A stretch of DNA of 64,000 nucleotides from Kiritimatiellia bacterium (lineage in GTDB: Bacteria > Verrucomicrobiota > Kiritimatiellia > CAIVKH01): positions 741,651-805,650 of the forward strand of contig JAOSKE010000001.1 in the NCBI GenBank assembly GCA_027493775.1, in the 5' to 3' direction. The position numbers were made by a program, and so were the translations under genes. Shown here piece after piece: positions 1 to 8,571 of this stretch. Under the pieces are notes generated by a model, which did no database searches, was not told where the DNA came from, and saw nothing but the letters and a program-made list of their open reading frames with translations. How positions within the stretch are numbered: the stretch's first letter is position 1; every line of letters begins with the position of its first letter.

Positions 1-756
1 CGTTTGCAACGCACCATAGAGGTCTTCGCGCACCGTCGCGCCCTCGCGCTCGAACGGCGGAATGTAAAGCGTCACGCGCGCGGGCGTGTCCTGCGTTGCG
101 CTCAGATGCGACTGCTGCAACCCGAGCAGCTTCGAGCGGCTGTACTGAAACACTTCGTTCATGATTCCACTTTCCTGCTGATTGATCGTCAGGAAGTCCG
201 CAAGCTCGGCGTTCACCTTGAACGACTCGTCCACCGGTTCAAAACGCAGGCGTCCCACATAATCCTGTTTCAATAAAAACCGACCCTTCAGATTACGCAG
301 CACCCAGTTGGCCAGCTCCTCGTACTGCTTGCTCATCGCGCGATTCGCAAACAACAAATTTTCGTTTTCACGCCGAATATTTGACGCCTCATCGGATGGC
401 CGCGACACATCCGCCTCCGCAACCCCGTGCCGCGCAGAAGGTGATGCAAGTTTTGCGGAGTCGTGTGTCGAAACGGCGGATGCGGACGCCGCGGCAACCG
501 CGCCCGGCATTTGCGCACTCGGGCCTCCCGCAATCAGCCAGCCCGCAAAGCCGAATCCGAGAAACCCCAGAACCACAAACGCCACGGCCACGCGACGCCG
601 GGCAACAATCGGGTCTGACGACGTTGACTGATTCGGAACCAACAGCGACGCGCGACAGTTCGGGCAATCCACCACCTGCCCGACCGCGCTGGACTCAATC
701 GCCAGTCGGCGGCGGCAGGCGGTGCATCGAAAAAATATCTCTCCGTTCGAGTCCAT
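1..756 (-). CDS. Hypothetical protein, partial (runs off the window start). N-terminal CxxC..CxxC zinc-ribbon, then one TM helix, then a soluble domain.
   Basis: The ATG is at 756 on the minus strand, right after an in-frame TGA. Translation runs MDSNGEIFFRCTACRRRLAIESSAVGQVVDCPNCRASLLVP, then a hydrophobic stretch VAVAFVVLGFLGFGFAGWLIA, then ...MSKQYEELANWVLRNLKGRFLLKQDYVGRLRFEPVDESFKVNAELADFL... with no stop to position 1. The ORF track misses it because it has no stop inside the window. The listed 4..276(+), 381..890(+) and 389..667(-) ORFs are Arg/Pro-rich alternative frames of this gene. Confidence 0.45.
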   Translation of the reverse strand, partial: MDSNGEIFFRCTACRRRLAIESSAVGQVVDCPNCRASLLVPNQSTSSDPIVARRRVAVAFVVLGFLGFGFAGWLIAGGPSAQMPGAVAAASASAVSTHDSAKLASPSARHGVAEADVSRPSDEASNIRRENENLLFANRAMSKQYEELANWVLRNLKGRFLLKQDYVGRLRFEPVDESFKVNAELADFLTINQQESGIMNEVFQYSRSKLLGLQQSHLSATQDTPARVTLYIPPFEREGATVREDLYGALQT

Positions 757-816
757 GCTGGCAGTGTAAATCGGTTGATGGCGTTTTCAAGAATCGGCGA
801 AAATCGGACGGACGAA

Positions 817-1719
817 TTAATCGCGGCGAATCACAATCTTCCGACCTGATTTCCTGCGTGGATCGGAGGTGTCATAAACCACGAACTTGATCCCCGGATA
901 TTCCTTGCCCAATTCCTTGTTAATAAATTTTTGAACCGCCTCCACGTTTTTCTGATCATCATCGGAAAAACCTACACTGATCGTTGTCGCCTTGGTTCGA
1001 TTGCGCACCAAACTCAGCGCGTGTTGGACAAACTCACGAATCGCGAACTGCTTCGCCTCCTCCGGACTTTCCGAACCGCCAATTTTGCGCCCCATCAACT
1101 GCTGGAACTCCGGCGACGTCACGCCACGGTACCGGCAGAGGTCAAGGAATTGCGACAGCACCTGCCGATCACTCATTCCGCTCGGATCGCCATCGAAATA
1201 CGCAATATAGCCGCGTAGGTTATCGAGCATCGCCTTCTTTTCTTCCGCCGTGAGCACACGACGAATAAAATACTCAACACCCTTCCGAATCGCCGCCGCA
1301 CTGTGTGAACGCGCGGTGATAATGGCGAATAATCGCCCCTCTATCAGGGCATTACGGAATTTCTGAAAGCTAGGCGCTCCCTTCGCCTTCCCACTGATAA
1401 TCGGACGCAACGCCTTCCGTGTATCATCCAGAAACGCGTCAATCCCACGGCTGCCAATGTCGTAAAAATCGGAGAACGCCAAATCCCAATCATTGCCGAC
1501 CGGGCGAAGGTTCTTCATCTCCCGTCGGACCCTTGCAAACTGCGCCGTTGTGACATCGTGTTTTTTCCAGCCGCTCCCCGATTTCTTTTCGAGATGAATC
1601 TTTGTTGGCATGTGGAGGATATTGTCGTCCCAGTCGAACATATAGTACTTGAGATGGAGCGGACGACCCCAAGTGAATACAGGACTTGCAGTCTTACGAC
1701 TTGTCTTCTTTTTGCTCAT
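817..1719 (-). CDS. HAD-superfamily hydrolase-like protein, possibly phosphatase/nucleotidase-like.
   Basis: 300 aa. FDWDDNI resembles HAD motif I (DxDx[TV]), FAIITARS fits motif II, and GKAKG and GFSDDD fit motifs III and IV. Its start overlaps the upstream amidase stop by 4 nt, so the two are probably co-transcribed. Confidence 0.45.
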   Translation of the reverse strand: MSKKKTSRKTASPVFTWGRPLHLKYYMFDWDDNILHMPTKIHLEKKSGSGWKKHDVTTAQFARVRREMKNLRPVGNDWDLAFSDFYDIGSRGIDAFLDDTRKALRPIISGKAKGAPSFQKFRNALIEGRLFAIITARSHSAAAIRKGVEYFIRRVLTAEEKKAMLDNLRGYIAYFDGDPSGMSDRQVLSQFLDLCRYRGVTSPEFQQLMGRKIGGSESPEEAKQFAIREFVQHALSLVRNRTKATTISVGFSDDDQKNVEAVQKFINKELGKEYPGIKFVVYDTSDPRRKSGRKIVIRRD

Positions 1720-2701
1720 TTACCCTCCAGTTGCGCACGCTTCGCTAAATTCAAATAATTGATCGTACCACGCGCAAGCGATTGCGCCAATGCCTCACGC
1801 CGGGATTCCTGCAAAAGCTGTTCCTCTTCGCGCGCGTTCGAAACAAATGCGCACTCCACCAAGACCGCCGGACACGGCGCATTCTTTAAAACCAGAAAGC
1901 GTGATCGCTTCACACCGCGGTCGTTCGCGCCCAAACGTTGCGTCATCGCGCGTTGGATCTGATATGCCACAACCGTGTTCGCGGCTTCAAAGCGATTTCC
2001 CGGTTGCGTCAAATTCGAAAGCCCGCCCGAGGTGGACTCGTAGCCGGCCGCCGCCAACACATACGTCTCCGCCCCTGCCGCTGCTGTACTGGCTGCGGAG
2101 TTGAGGTGAATACTAATAAACAAATCAGCGCCCCACCGTTGCGCCTTGCGACTGCGCTCGTCCAATTCGACGAAACGATCATTCTCGCGCGTGAGATACA
2201 CCTTGAATCCCGCATTCACCAAATGTGTGCGCAACCGACGCGCCACATCCAGCACCACCCGTTTCTCCTCCACCCCCGCTTCCCCTTCGCGCCCGTGTCC
2301 TTTCCGCCGTGCCCCGGATCAATCACAATCACCCGATGTCGCGCATTTTTCAGATAGCCCTCCGGTCGCTGCAACGGATCCAGCACCACTCGCGCGTCCA
2401 CCTCGCGCAGCGCCCACCGTCCGCGCACACGCACCATCGGAGAGTGCAGCCAGACCAGCGTGCCATCGTAAAGCACCTCCCGCCCGTCCGTTTTGAAAAT
2501 GATTTTTAGCGAGCGGTTTTGCAGCGTAATCCGCTGGGCCGCTGGCCCGACGATGTCCATTCGGTAAAGCGAGGCGATATCGCGCAACGCGATATATTTT
2601 TCCTTTTCGTGCCAAAACACGGGCAAATTCGTCGGCGCAGGCGCTGCGCGCAGGCCCGGCGCAAAAGCGAGGAGGATCGCAATAATCAGCAGGCGTCTCA
2701 T
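1716..2701 (-). CDS. N-acetylmuramoyl-L-alanine amidase (AmiC-like: signal peptide, AMIN domain, Amidase_3 catalytic domain). The frame is interrupted once at a C5 run, either a pseudogene or a sequencing error.
   Basis: The N-terminal frame (2216..2701) reads MRRLLIIAILLAFAPGLRA...VIVIDPGHGGKDTGAKG. The C-terminal frame (1716..2273) reads EEKRVVLDVARRLRTHL...ETYVLAA...VLVECAFVSN. Together these match Amidase_3. The frames switch at the ccccc run at 2273-2277. Confidence 0.7.
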
Positions 2702-2825
2702 AATTAATGCCGCGCATTCTAGGTGAGACCGGCCAGGAAACGAGAACATTGTTGTGCATCCGTGCATTCTGCTTTGCATTGTCTATTTCCACCGCGTGGT
2801 GTAGAGTTACTCCAGCGAGGTTGTT

Positions 2826-3263
2826 ATGAAGCGAATTCTTGTGCCGCTCGATTTTTCTTCAACCAGCGACAAGGTACTGGATGCTGCGATCGCTGCCGCC
2901 GAATCAATGAACGCCGAGCTTTGCCTACTCCACGTCGCAAAGCCCGAGCCGGAATTCGTCACCTACGAACCCGGCCCCGAATCCGTCCGCGAGGCGGTCG
3001 CGAGAGAGATGGCAGACCTGCACCACAAATTACAGAAACTCGAAAAAGATCTCAAAGCGCGGGGACTGAAAGTCAGCGCGCTGATGATTCAGGGCTACAC
3101 GGTGGAAAAAATTCTACAGGAGATGGAGCGCCTCAACGTTGATCTCGTCGTAATGGGCTCCCACGGACGCGGCGCGCTCTACAACATGCTCCTCGGCAGC
3201 GTCTCCGAAGGCGTCCTCCGCAAAAGCTCCCGCCCCGTGCTCATCGTGCCGGTGAGGAAATAA
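2826..3263 (+). CDS. Universal stress protein (UspA family).
   Basis: 145 aa. MKRILVPLDFSSTSDKVLDAAI... and the C-terminal VVMGSHGRGALYNMLLGSVSEGVLRKSSRPVLIVP are classic UspA signatures. Confidence 0.8.
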   Translation: MKRILVPLDFSSTSDKVLDAAIAAAESMNAELCLLHVAKPEPEFVTYEPGPESVREAVAREMADLHHKLQKLEKDLKARGLKVSALMIQGYTVEKILQEMERLNVDLVVMGSHGRGALYNMLLGSVSEGVLRKSSRPVLIVPVRK

Positions 3264-3383
3264 GCCGACCGCGGAATTGTGCGTTTTCCGCGATCAACAA
3301 TTTTACTGTCCCGTGGTGAACGATTGATTGGGCCGTGCGCTGCACAGCTTTCGAGTGTCGCGTTTCATCCCTCTGTTCCCTTT

Positions 3384-3806
3384 TCATTTAATCATCAATG
3401 TCACAATCAACCGCCCCTCGCCCTGGGGGACGCCGCCGAGGATGGTGGGTTTGTTGCGCTCTAGACCTACGCCGGTGCTGAGTAGTCGGGTGTCGCCTCT
3501 CTGCCAGGTTACTTCCACGCGATTCTTTTTTCCGCGTTGCAAATAAAGGACGTGACCGTCTTCCAACGCGACTGTGGCAGATGCGCCGTCGGGAAGAATC
3601 ACGGACGATTGCGCGAGAAGCCGGTAGGTTTCAAAACGCAGGACGGGGCGCAGCAAATAGTCCACGCGCTCCAAGCGACGATCCAGAGGGGCGGGTTCGT
3701 TCGATGCCAAAATCAGCATCGCCTCCACCTCCATCGGCGCGGCCTCGGTCGGCGTGACTACGCCCAAAAGAAACACCGCGAATAAAATGCCGGCAATTAC
3801 TTTCAT
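3384..3806 (-). CDS. Secreted hypothetical protein, third gene of the ECF sigma operon.
   Basis: Probable start MKVIAGILFAVFLLGVVTPTEAAP (signal peptide). It overlaps the anti-sigma stop by 4 nt. Confidence 0.4.
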   Translation of the reverse strand: MKVIAGILFAVFLLGVVTPTEAAPMEVEAMLILASNEPAPLDRRLERVDYLLRPVLRFETYRLLAQSSVILPDGASATVALEDGHVLYLQRGKKNRVEVTWQRGDTRLLSTGVGLERNKPTILGGVPQGEGRLIVTLMIK

Positions 3807-4291
3807 ATTCCCGCCTCGCCAACTGTACCCTCTTCGGGCGTCATCAGCCAAATAACAACTGCACCGCTCGCTTCATCCTCATACACCATAGCGCTGGAGC
3901 CCGGCAACTCCGCCTCCACCCATTCCACACGCGGAATCGCTGCATCCGCCGTCGTCGGCAACATCAAACGCACGCCGACAAATCCCAGTAATATCAGCAC
4001 AATCGCAGACGCGGCGAGCCAGCCCCAATTCCAATCGAATACACTAACTTTGCGCTCGGGCCGTCGCCCCGAAATCTGACGAAGCTCGCGTCGCACATTA
4101 TTCCAAACCACTTCCGCAGGTGGAACAGGAATCGCCTGATTGCGCAGCAACTCGCCGACCTCCGTCCACGCCCGCTCCGCCTCCGCAAGTTCCGCCGCGT
4201 GTTCAGCGCCCTGCCCCAGCTCGGCCTCGTGTGGGCGCAATTCGCCATCGCGCTTGCGACTGAGCTGTTCGAGTTGTTTTTCCAGTTTCAT
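3803..4291 (-). CDS. Putative anti-sigma factor (single-pass membrane protein).
   Basis: It sits immediately downstream of the ECF sigma gene with a 4-nt start/stop overlap. Helical charged N-terminus, then a TM segment WGWLAASAIVLILLGFVGV, then a periplasmic tail. The start was chosen at MKLEKQLEQL. Confidence 0.45.
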   Translation of the reverse strand: MKLEKQLEQLSRKRDGELRPHEAELGQGAEHAAELAEAERAWTEVGELLRNQAIPVPPAEVVWNNVRRELRQISGRRPERKVSVFDWNWGWLAASAIVLILLGFVGVRLMLPTTADAAIPRVEWVEAELPGSSAMVYEDEASGAVVIWLMTPEEGTVGEAGI

Positions 4292-4902
4292 CGCATTCCC
4301 TTCATTTGTTCCTGCACTAGCCGCCGCGCATAAAAAATACGGGACATCACCGTGCCCGCCCTGCACTTCATTACCTGACCGATCTCGCGGTACGACATCC
4401 CCTCCACCTCGCGCAAAATCAACGCCGTTCGATGTTCCGGCGACAACTGATCCAGCGCGCGCTCAAACGCTTCCTGCACTTCCTGACGCTCCAGCCCGCG
4501 ATCCGGCCGCCCATCATCCGGCCTCTGCCACTCCACCGCCGGACGCGGCTCGCGATCCGGCTCTTCATCCAGCGACACTTCCTTCCGCCGCGCGGAACGT
4601 CGGCCATGGTCCAGCACCGAGTTCACCGCGATCCGATACAACCACGTAAAGAACTGCGCATCGCCCTTGTAGCTGTCGAGCCGCTGCCACGCCTTCACCC
4701 ACGTCTGCTGCTCCAGCTCACGCGCGTCCTCCACATCACTGACCATTCGATAAATCACCCCGTACACCCTTCCATGGAACAGTTTCACCAACTCGCCGAA
4801 TGCATCCTCATCGCTTTGCCTCGCCCGAGCCACCAACTCCGCCACCACCTCCGGCGACGGGCCTTCATTTTTATTAGACGGCTCTGACGCGGGATTATTC
4901 AT
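4288..4902 (-). CDS. ECF-type RNA polymerase sigma-70 factor.
   Basis: The region-2 box reads FGELVKLFHGRVYGVIYRMVSDVEDARELEQQTWVKAWQRLDSY. The region-4 box reads LDQLSPEHRTALILREVEGMSYREIGQVMKCRAGTVMSRIFYARRLV. Start placed at MNNPASEP. Confidence 0.8.
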   Translation of the reverse strand: MNNPASEPSNKNEGPSPEVVAELVARARQSDEDAFGELVKLFHGRVYGVIYRMVSDVEDARELEQQTWVKAWQRLDSYKGDAQFFTWLYRIAVNSVLDHGRRSARRKEVSLDEEPDREPRPAVEWQRPDDGRPDRGLERQEVQEAFERALDQLSPEHRTALILREVEGMSYREIGQVMKCRAGTVMSRIFYARRLVQEQMKGMR

Positions 4903-4931
4903 ACGCGCCAAAATCAGCCGAACGCGAAAAC

Positions 4932-5043
4932 TTCCAACCCTTGGAAGTCGTTTCAGAACAAAGTTCCAACCCTTGGAACTTTTGGGACGAAAAAACTTCC
5001 AAGGGTTGGAAGTCGGACGCAAAAGGACTTCCAAGGGTTGGAA
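4932..5043. repeat. Four phased copies of a 15-bp palindrome TTCCAACCCTTGGAA (or TTCCAAGGGTTGGAA) at 32-33 bp spacing, in the ECF sigma promoter region.
   Basis: Copies lie at 4932-4946, 4964-4978, 4997-5011 and 5029-5043. The first two have a CCC centre and the last two a GGG centre. The same motif recurs twice at 21942-21989. Confidence 0.5.
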
Positions 5044-5104
5044 GTTTTAACTCGGGCGGCGGCGCACGCGCGAGAAACGGGGGTTTTGATGGAGAAAACG
5101 TGCG

Positions 5105-6046
5105 TCATTGATTTGGTGGGCGGCGCGCGGTCCAGCCGATGTCCACATATTCCCAATCCACGTTCTCTTTTCGGAGCGTCACGACGCCGAACCCTTCTTC
5201 TGTTCCAAACCACGGGCCGCGCCACCACTTCGCACACACCGCGCCGCCGGTAATGAAGGTCGTATCGCGCCAACGCAACAGTTCGTTGACGTGGTTATGC
5301 CCCTGCAACACCAACGGCAGGTGATGGCGTTTGAACACTTCCAACACTTCGCGATTGTTCACAATCGCGCGGTTCCTCGGCGCAGGCACATCGTTTCCCA
5401 GTGTTGCAGCCTGGAACGAGGAAAGCAATGGCATGTGCGTGACGAGGATAATCGGAGTCGTCGCGTCCACTCGCGAAACGTCATCGCGCAGCCACTTCAT
5501 CTGTTCGTCATCAATGAAGCCGCGATACTTCACTTCGTCGCGGGTGATTTGAACGCCGTCGAGCAGGATAACGTGATAACCGCCAGCATCGAACGAGCGG
5601 TAAATTTCTTTGATCCCTAACTCCTCTCGAAACATCGAGCGCGGGTCCGCTTCCGGCGCTGAGCCATCTTCCGGCATTGCGCCGACAATGTCGTGATTCC
5701 CCATCGCGACCTCGGTGGTCGGTTCCACTAGCTCAAACAGACTTTCACGAAACGCCTTCCAGCGCGGCGCGACAACGTCTCGTCCATTCTGGAAACCATC
5801 GGTGATGCAATCGCCCCCACAAATCACAAGGTCGGGCTTTCGCTCATTGATCAAGCGCGCGGTGAGTCGCAACGCCTCGGGTGTTTCCCATTCCACGCGG
5901 GTATGAATATCCGTAAAGAAGGCAATCCGGAGGGACTCGCGCGGGGCGTCGGGCGCGGCGGCCCAACTGGAGCGCTGCGGCCAGCCGATGGCCCAGGCGG
6001 CTGCACCTGCGCTCGTGGCCAGAAGAAACTGTCGGCGATTCATCAT
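5105..6046 (-). CDS. Tat-exported calcineurin-like metallophosphoesterase.
   Basis: MMNRRQFLLATSAGAAAWA is a twin-arginine signal. GNHD and the GDxxD/GDCITDG motifs are typical of the metallophosphatase fold. Confidence 0.75.
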   Translation of the reverse strand: MMNRRQFLLATSAGAAAWAIGWPQRSSWAAAPDAPRESLRIAFFTDIHTRVEWETPEALRLTARLINERKPDLVICGGDCITDGFQNGRDVVAPRWKAFRESLFELVEPTTEVAMGNHDIVGAMPEDGSAPEADPRSMFREELGIKEIYRSFDAGGYHVILLDGVQITRDEVKYRGFIDDEQMKWLRDDVSRVDATTPIILVTHMPLLSSFQAATLGNDVPAPRNRAIVNNREVLEVFKRHHLPLVLQGHNHVNELLRWRDTTFITGGAVCAKWWRGPWFGTEEGFGVVTLRKENVDWEYVDIGWTARRPPNQ

Positions 6047-6739
6047 AGCGCACTCACTCTGCGATCCCGTCGCTTTCGACGAGCCACATCATACCGTCCG
6101 ACAATGATCACAACAAGCACGAGCGTTCCCAAAACAATTTGCGCCTGCGCTTCCGTACACCACGTAATGATCTGGTTGCTGACCGGGCTGTGATAAACAC
6201 CGGGCCGCGCGCGCGCTTCCATTTCTGCCCGGCGATCAGGCGACCAATCGCGCCCCGACTCGCGCATACTGTGGCCGAACCAATGTTCAAGGAGTTGCTG
6301 TTCGCGAAATGCAATGGTGGCTAGGCGCGTATTTTCGCTTGGAGAATGTTGGCTGTCTCGGGAGAACTGATAGTTTCTGTCGCGCCGGAACAGTCGCACA
6401 CGAAATTCGTGGACGAACGGGTCGGAAATCGGCGTGTAGCGGCGCAAAAAGAAATCGTACTGCGCATCCCTGCCAAAGCGATTCATCTTGGATGCAACAT
6501 CCTTGGCGCGAAGTTCATCGGCGCTTTGCAAGTCTTCCTTGGTCAGGCGTGACTTGAACGTGCCCACCCCCCGCATCCGTGTGGAGATAGCCGTATTCGG
6601 TCATGACCTCCTCAAAGATGAATAAGTCGGGGCGATAGACATAAAACATCCGCCACAAGTCCGGCGTGTTCGATGCAATTCCGAACAACAGAATCAAAAT
6701 CAATCGCGTCTGCCGCCACGCCGTACGCGCGGAGCGCAC
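6043..6739 (-). CDS. Paralogous soluble domain of the upstream VanZ-like protein, frame-disrupted. Possibly a continuation of 6700..8556.
   Basis: ORF 6043..6576 aligns to the central domain of the 618-aa protein (YTPISDPFVHEFRVRLFRRDRNYQF versus YTPARDPFAHEAMVHLFRRNHYFTV). ORF 6515..6739 (…LILILLFGIASNTPDLW…) aligns to the TM stretch after a VanZ domain. The frames switch at the C6 run at 6567-6572 and the C5 run at 6774-6778. Confidence 0.4.
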
Positions 6740-8556
6740 ACCAAACGGCTTGCCGCACAGCGCGGGCGCGAAGCCCCCACCGCGAGGCCGAGCTGCATCA
6801 CTGCAACGGCCAATACGTTGATTCCGATGTCGCGGAAATCAAAATACCGGCCCGGTAGCGCCCACTGCACAATCTCATCGCCAATTCCGAGGATGCTGCC
6901 GAGTAACGTAGACACCACGTACGCGCCACGGTCGGGATAGCGCCGACTGAATGCGCGAAAGAGCAGAAGCGAAAGGATGCCATATTCGACGAGGTGCAGT
7001 GCCTCTTCCGGGCGACGCCGCAGGGCCCACGCCGTGGCCCCGTAGAGGATGAACATCCCGGCCAACACAAGACCTTGATGTCGGGTTATTGCGCCGACAT
7101 GCCGACGCAAATATGCAACCGCGCCAATCGCACCGGCAACGATAGCACCTGCGACGATCCATAAGAATGCGGTGATTCCGAAATGAGCGGCGACCCAGTG
7201 TTGAATCGCGCGGGCGAAGGGAATCAAACAGTAGATGAGAAGCGTCCAGAGAACGACCGGTCCCCAATCACGGGCCGGTGGCGACCATCTCGGTTTGCCC
7301 CAGCGAATGAAAATGAAGGCGTCCACGAGTAGAACGCAAAAAATGATCATCCATATCCCACGTTCCGTGAATCGGTGAATGAGATTTTCGCTCACCTCGC
7401 TGGTATAGCGGCGATCCAGTTGGGCATTCGCCTTCAGCGCTTCGTCCAGTTCCTCCGTCCACTGAAAACTCGTGTGCGCGAGGGTGTTTGAGAAGTAGCG
7501 TTCGAGGATTTGGTTTTCGCGATACGCGACATTCGCGTGAAATGCGTAAGACGCAGGGTCGAAGCGGTATTTGGGAAGAACGGTGAAGTAATGATTGCGC
7601 CGGAAGAGATGCACCATCGCCTCGTGCGCGAATGGATCACGGGCGGGTGTATAGACGGCCAGAAAGCGCTTGTACGCAGCAGGTGCTTTGTGCGCTTCAA
7701 TGATCGCGCCCACTTCGGCCCCGCGCTCTTTGTCCACCCAGATGAGATCGTCTCGGTCAAAACGCGAATAGAAGCGCAGGTGGTCCGGGTCTTCGTGACG
7801 CCACCCGTACTCGCTCATCGCTTGTTCGTTATCCAAGAGGAATGTTAGCGCCGGGAGTTGTTTGGAAATTTTCGCTGCGGCATAAGGCGTATTCGAGGCA
7901 CAGCATCCAAACAGCAGCGCTTGGGCGGCGACTAAAATGGTTGCACAGCGAATGCTGGCGGGGCGGATCGCCGATTTGATGAAGGGCGGAACAAAGCCAA
8001 CAGCGAGGCCGATTTGAACAAGCACAATCGCGAGCGCGTTGTGCGAGAGGTCGCGGGGGTCCCAGTAGCGGCCGGGAGTGAACCACTGCAAAATTTCGTC
8101 GGTTGTGCTGACCAGTGCGCCGATCAGCAGGACGTTCAAATAGATGAGCGGGTCGTGTTGGCGATGGGACAGTGCGCGGAAGATCAGGATGCTGAGTATG
8201 CCGTATTCAACGAAGTGAATCGCTTCCGAGGGCGTACTGGTTAGTTTGAAGGTACCGAGGAGAAAGACTCCCGCGATCGCAACGAGCGTTGCAATCCGCG
8301 CCCACGGCATACGTCGCAGTCCGCGCACGAGATGAATGAGGAGCAATACAGCAGCGACGACGATGAAAGCTACGGTGATCCATTGGAGGGATGCGTGGCC
8401 AAGATGCTGATTGAACCAGTCTTGGATTTTCCGTGCGAATGGGACGGTGCAGAAAATAGCGACCGCCCATAACGCAGCATAGAGCCAACTGACTGCTTCT
8501 TTTTTCTCGCGGTGGGGCCTGAAACAAACCGGTTCCTCTTCCGGCCTAACAGCCAA
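6700..8556 (-). CDS. Tandemly duplicated VanZ-like membrane protein, each unit a VanZ-like domain plus a soluble domain.
   Basis: Two VanZ signature blocks: STTDEILQWFTPGRYWDPRDLSHNALAIVLVQIGLAVG and GIGDEIVQWALPGRYFDFRDIGINVLAVAVMQLGLAVG. The N-terminal halves are similar too (…VPFARKIQDWFNQHLG versus IPFARAIQHWVAAHFG). The C-terminal 30 aa look frame-shifted. Confidence 0.6.
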   Translation of the reverse strand: MAVRPEEEPVCFRPHREKKEAVSWLYAALWAVAIFCTVPFARKIQDWFNQHLGHASLQWITVAFIVVAAVLLLIHLVRGLRRMPWARIATLVAIAGVFLLGTFKLTSTPSEAIHFVEYGILSILIFRALSHRQHDPLIYLNVLLIGALVSTTDEILQWFTPGRYWDPRDLSHNALAIVLVQIGLAVGFVPPFIKSAIRPASIRCATILVAAQALLFGCCASNTPYAAAKISKQLPALTFLLDNEQAMSEYGWRHEDPDHLRFYSRFDRDDLIWVDKERGAEVGAIIEAHKAPAAYKRFLAVYTPARDPFAHEAMVHLFRRNHYFTVLPKYRFDPASYAFHANVAYRENQILERYFSNTLAHTSFQWTEELDEALKANAQLDRRYTSEVSENLIHRFTERGIWMIIFCVLLVDAFIFIRWGKPRWSPPARDWGPVVLWTLLIYCLIPFARAIQHWVAAHFGITAFLWIVAGAIVAGAIGAVAYLRRHVGAITRHQGLVLAGMFILYGATAWALRRRPEEALHLVEYGILSLLLFRAFSRRYPDRGAYVVSTLLGSILGIGDEIVQWALPGRYFDFRDIGINVLAVAVMQLGLAVGASRPRCAASRLVCAPRVRRGGRRD

Positions 8557-8571
8557 CCCGAGTTTTCTGAA

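Noticed and set aside
4-890. Track ORFs 4..276(+), 308..631(+), 381..890(+), 333..533(-) and 389..667(-) as genes
   Set aside because: All are Arg/Pro/Cys-rich alternative frames of a clean minus-strand gene (756 to before 1) that runs off the window, so has no listed ORF. High-GC DNA generates long spurious ORFs in the other frames.
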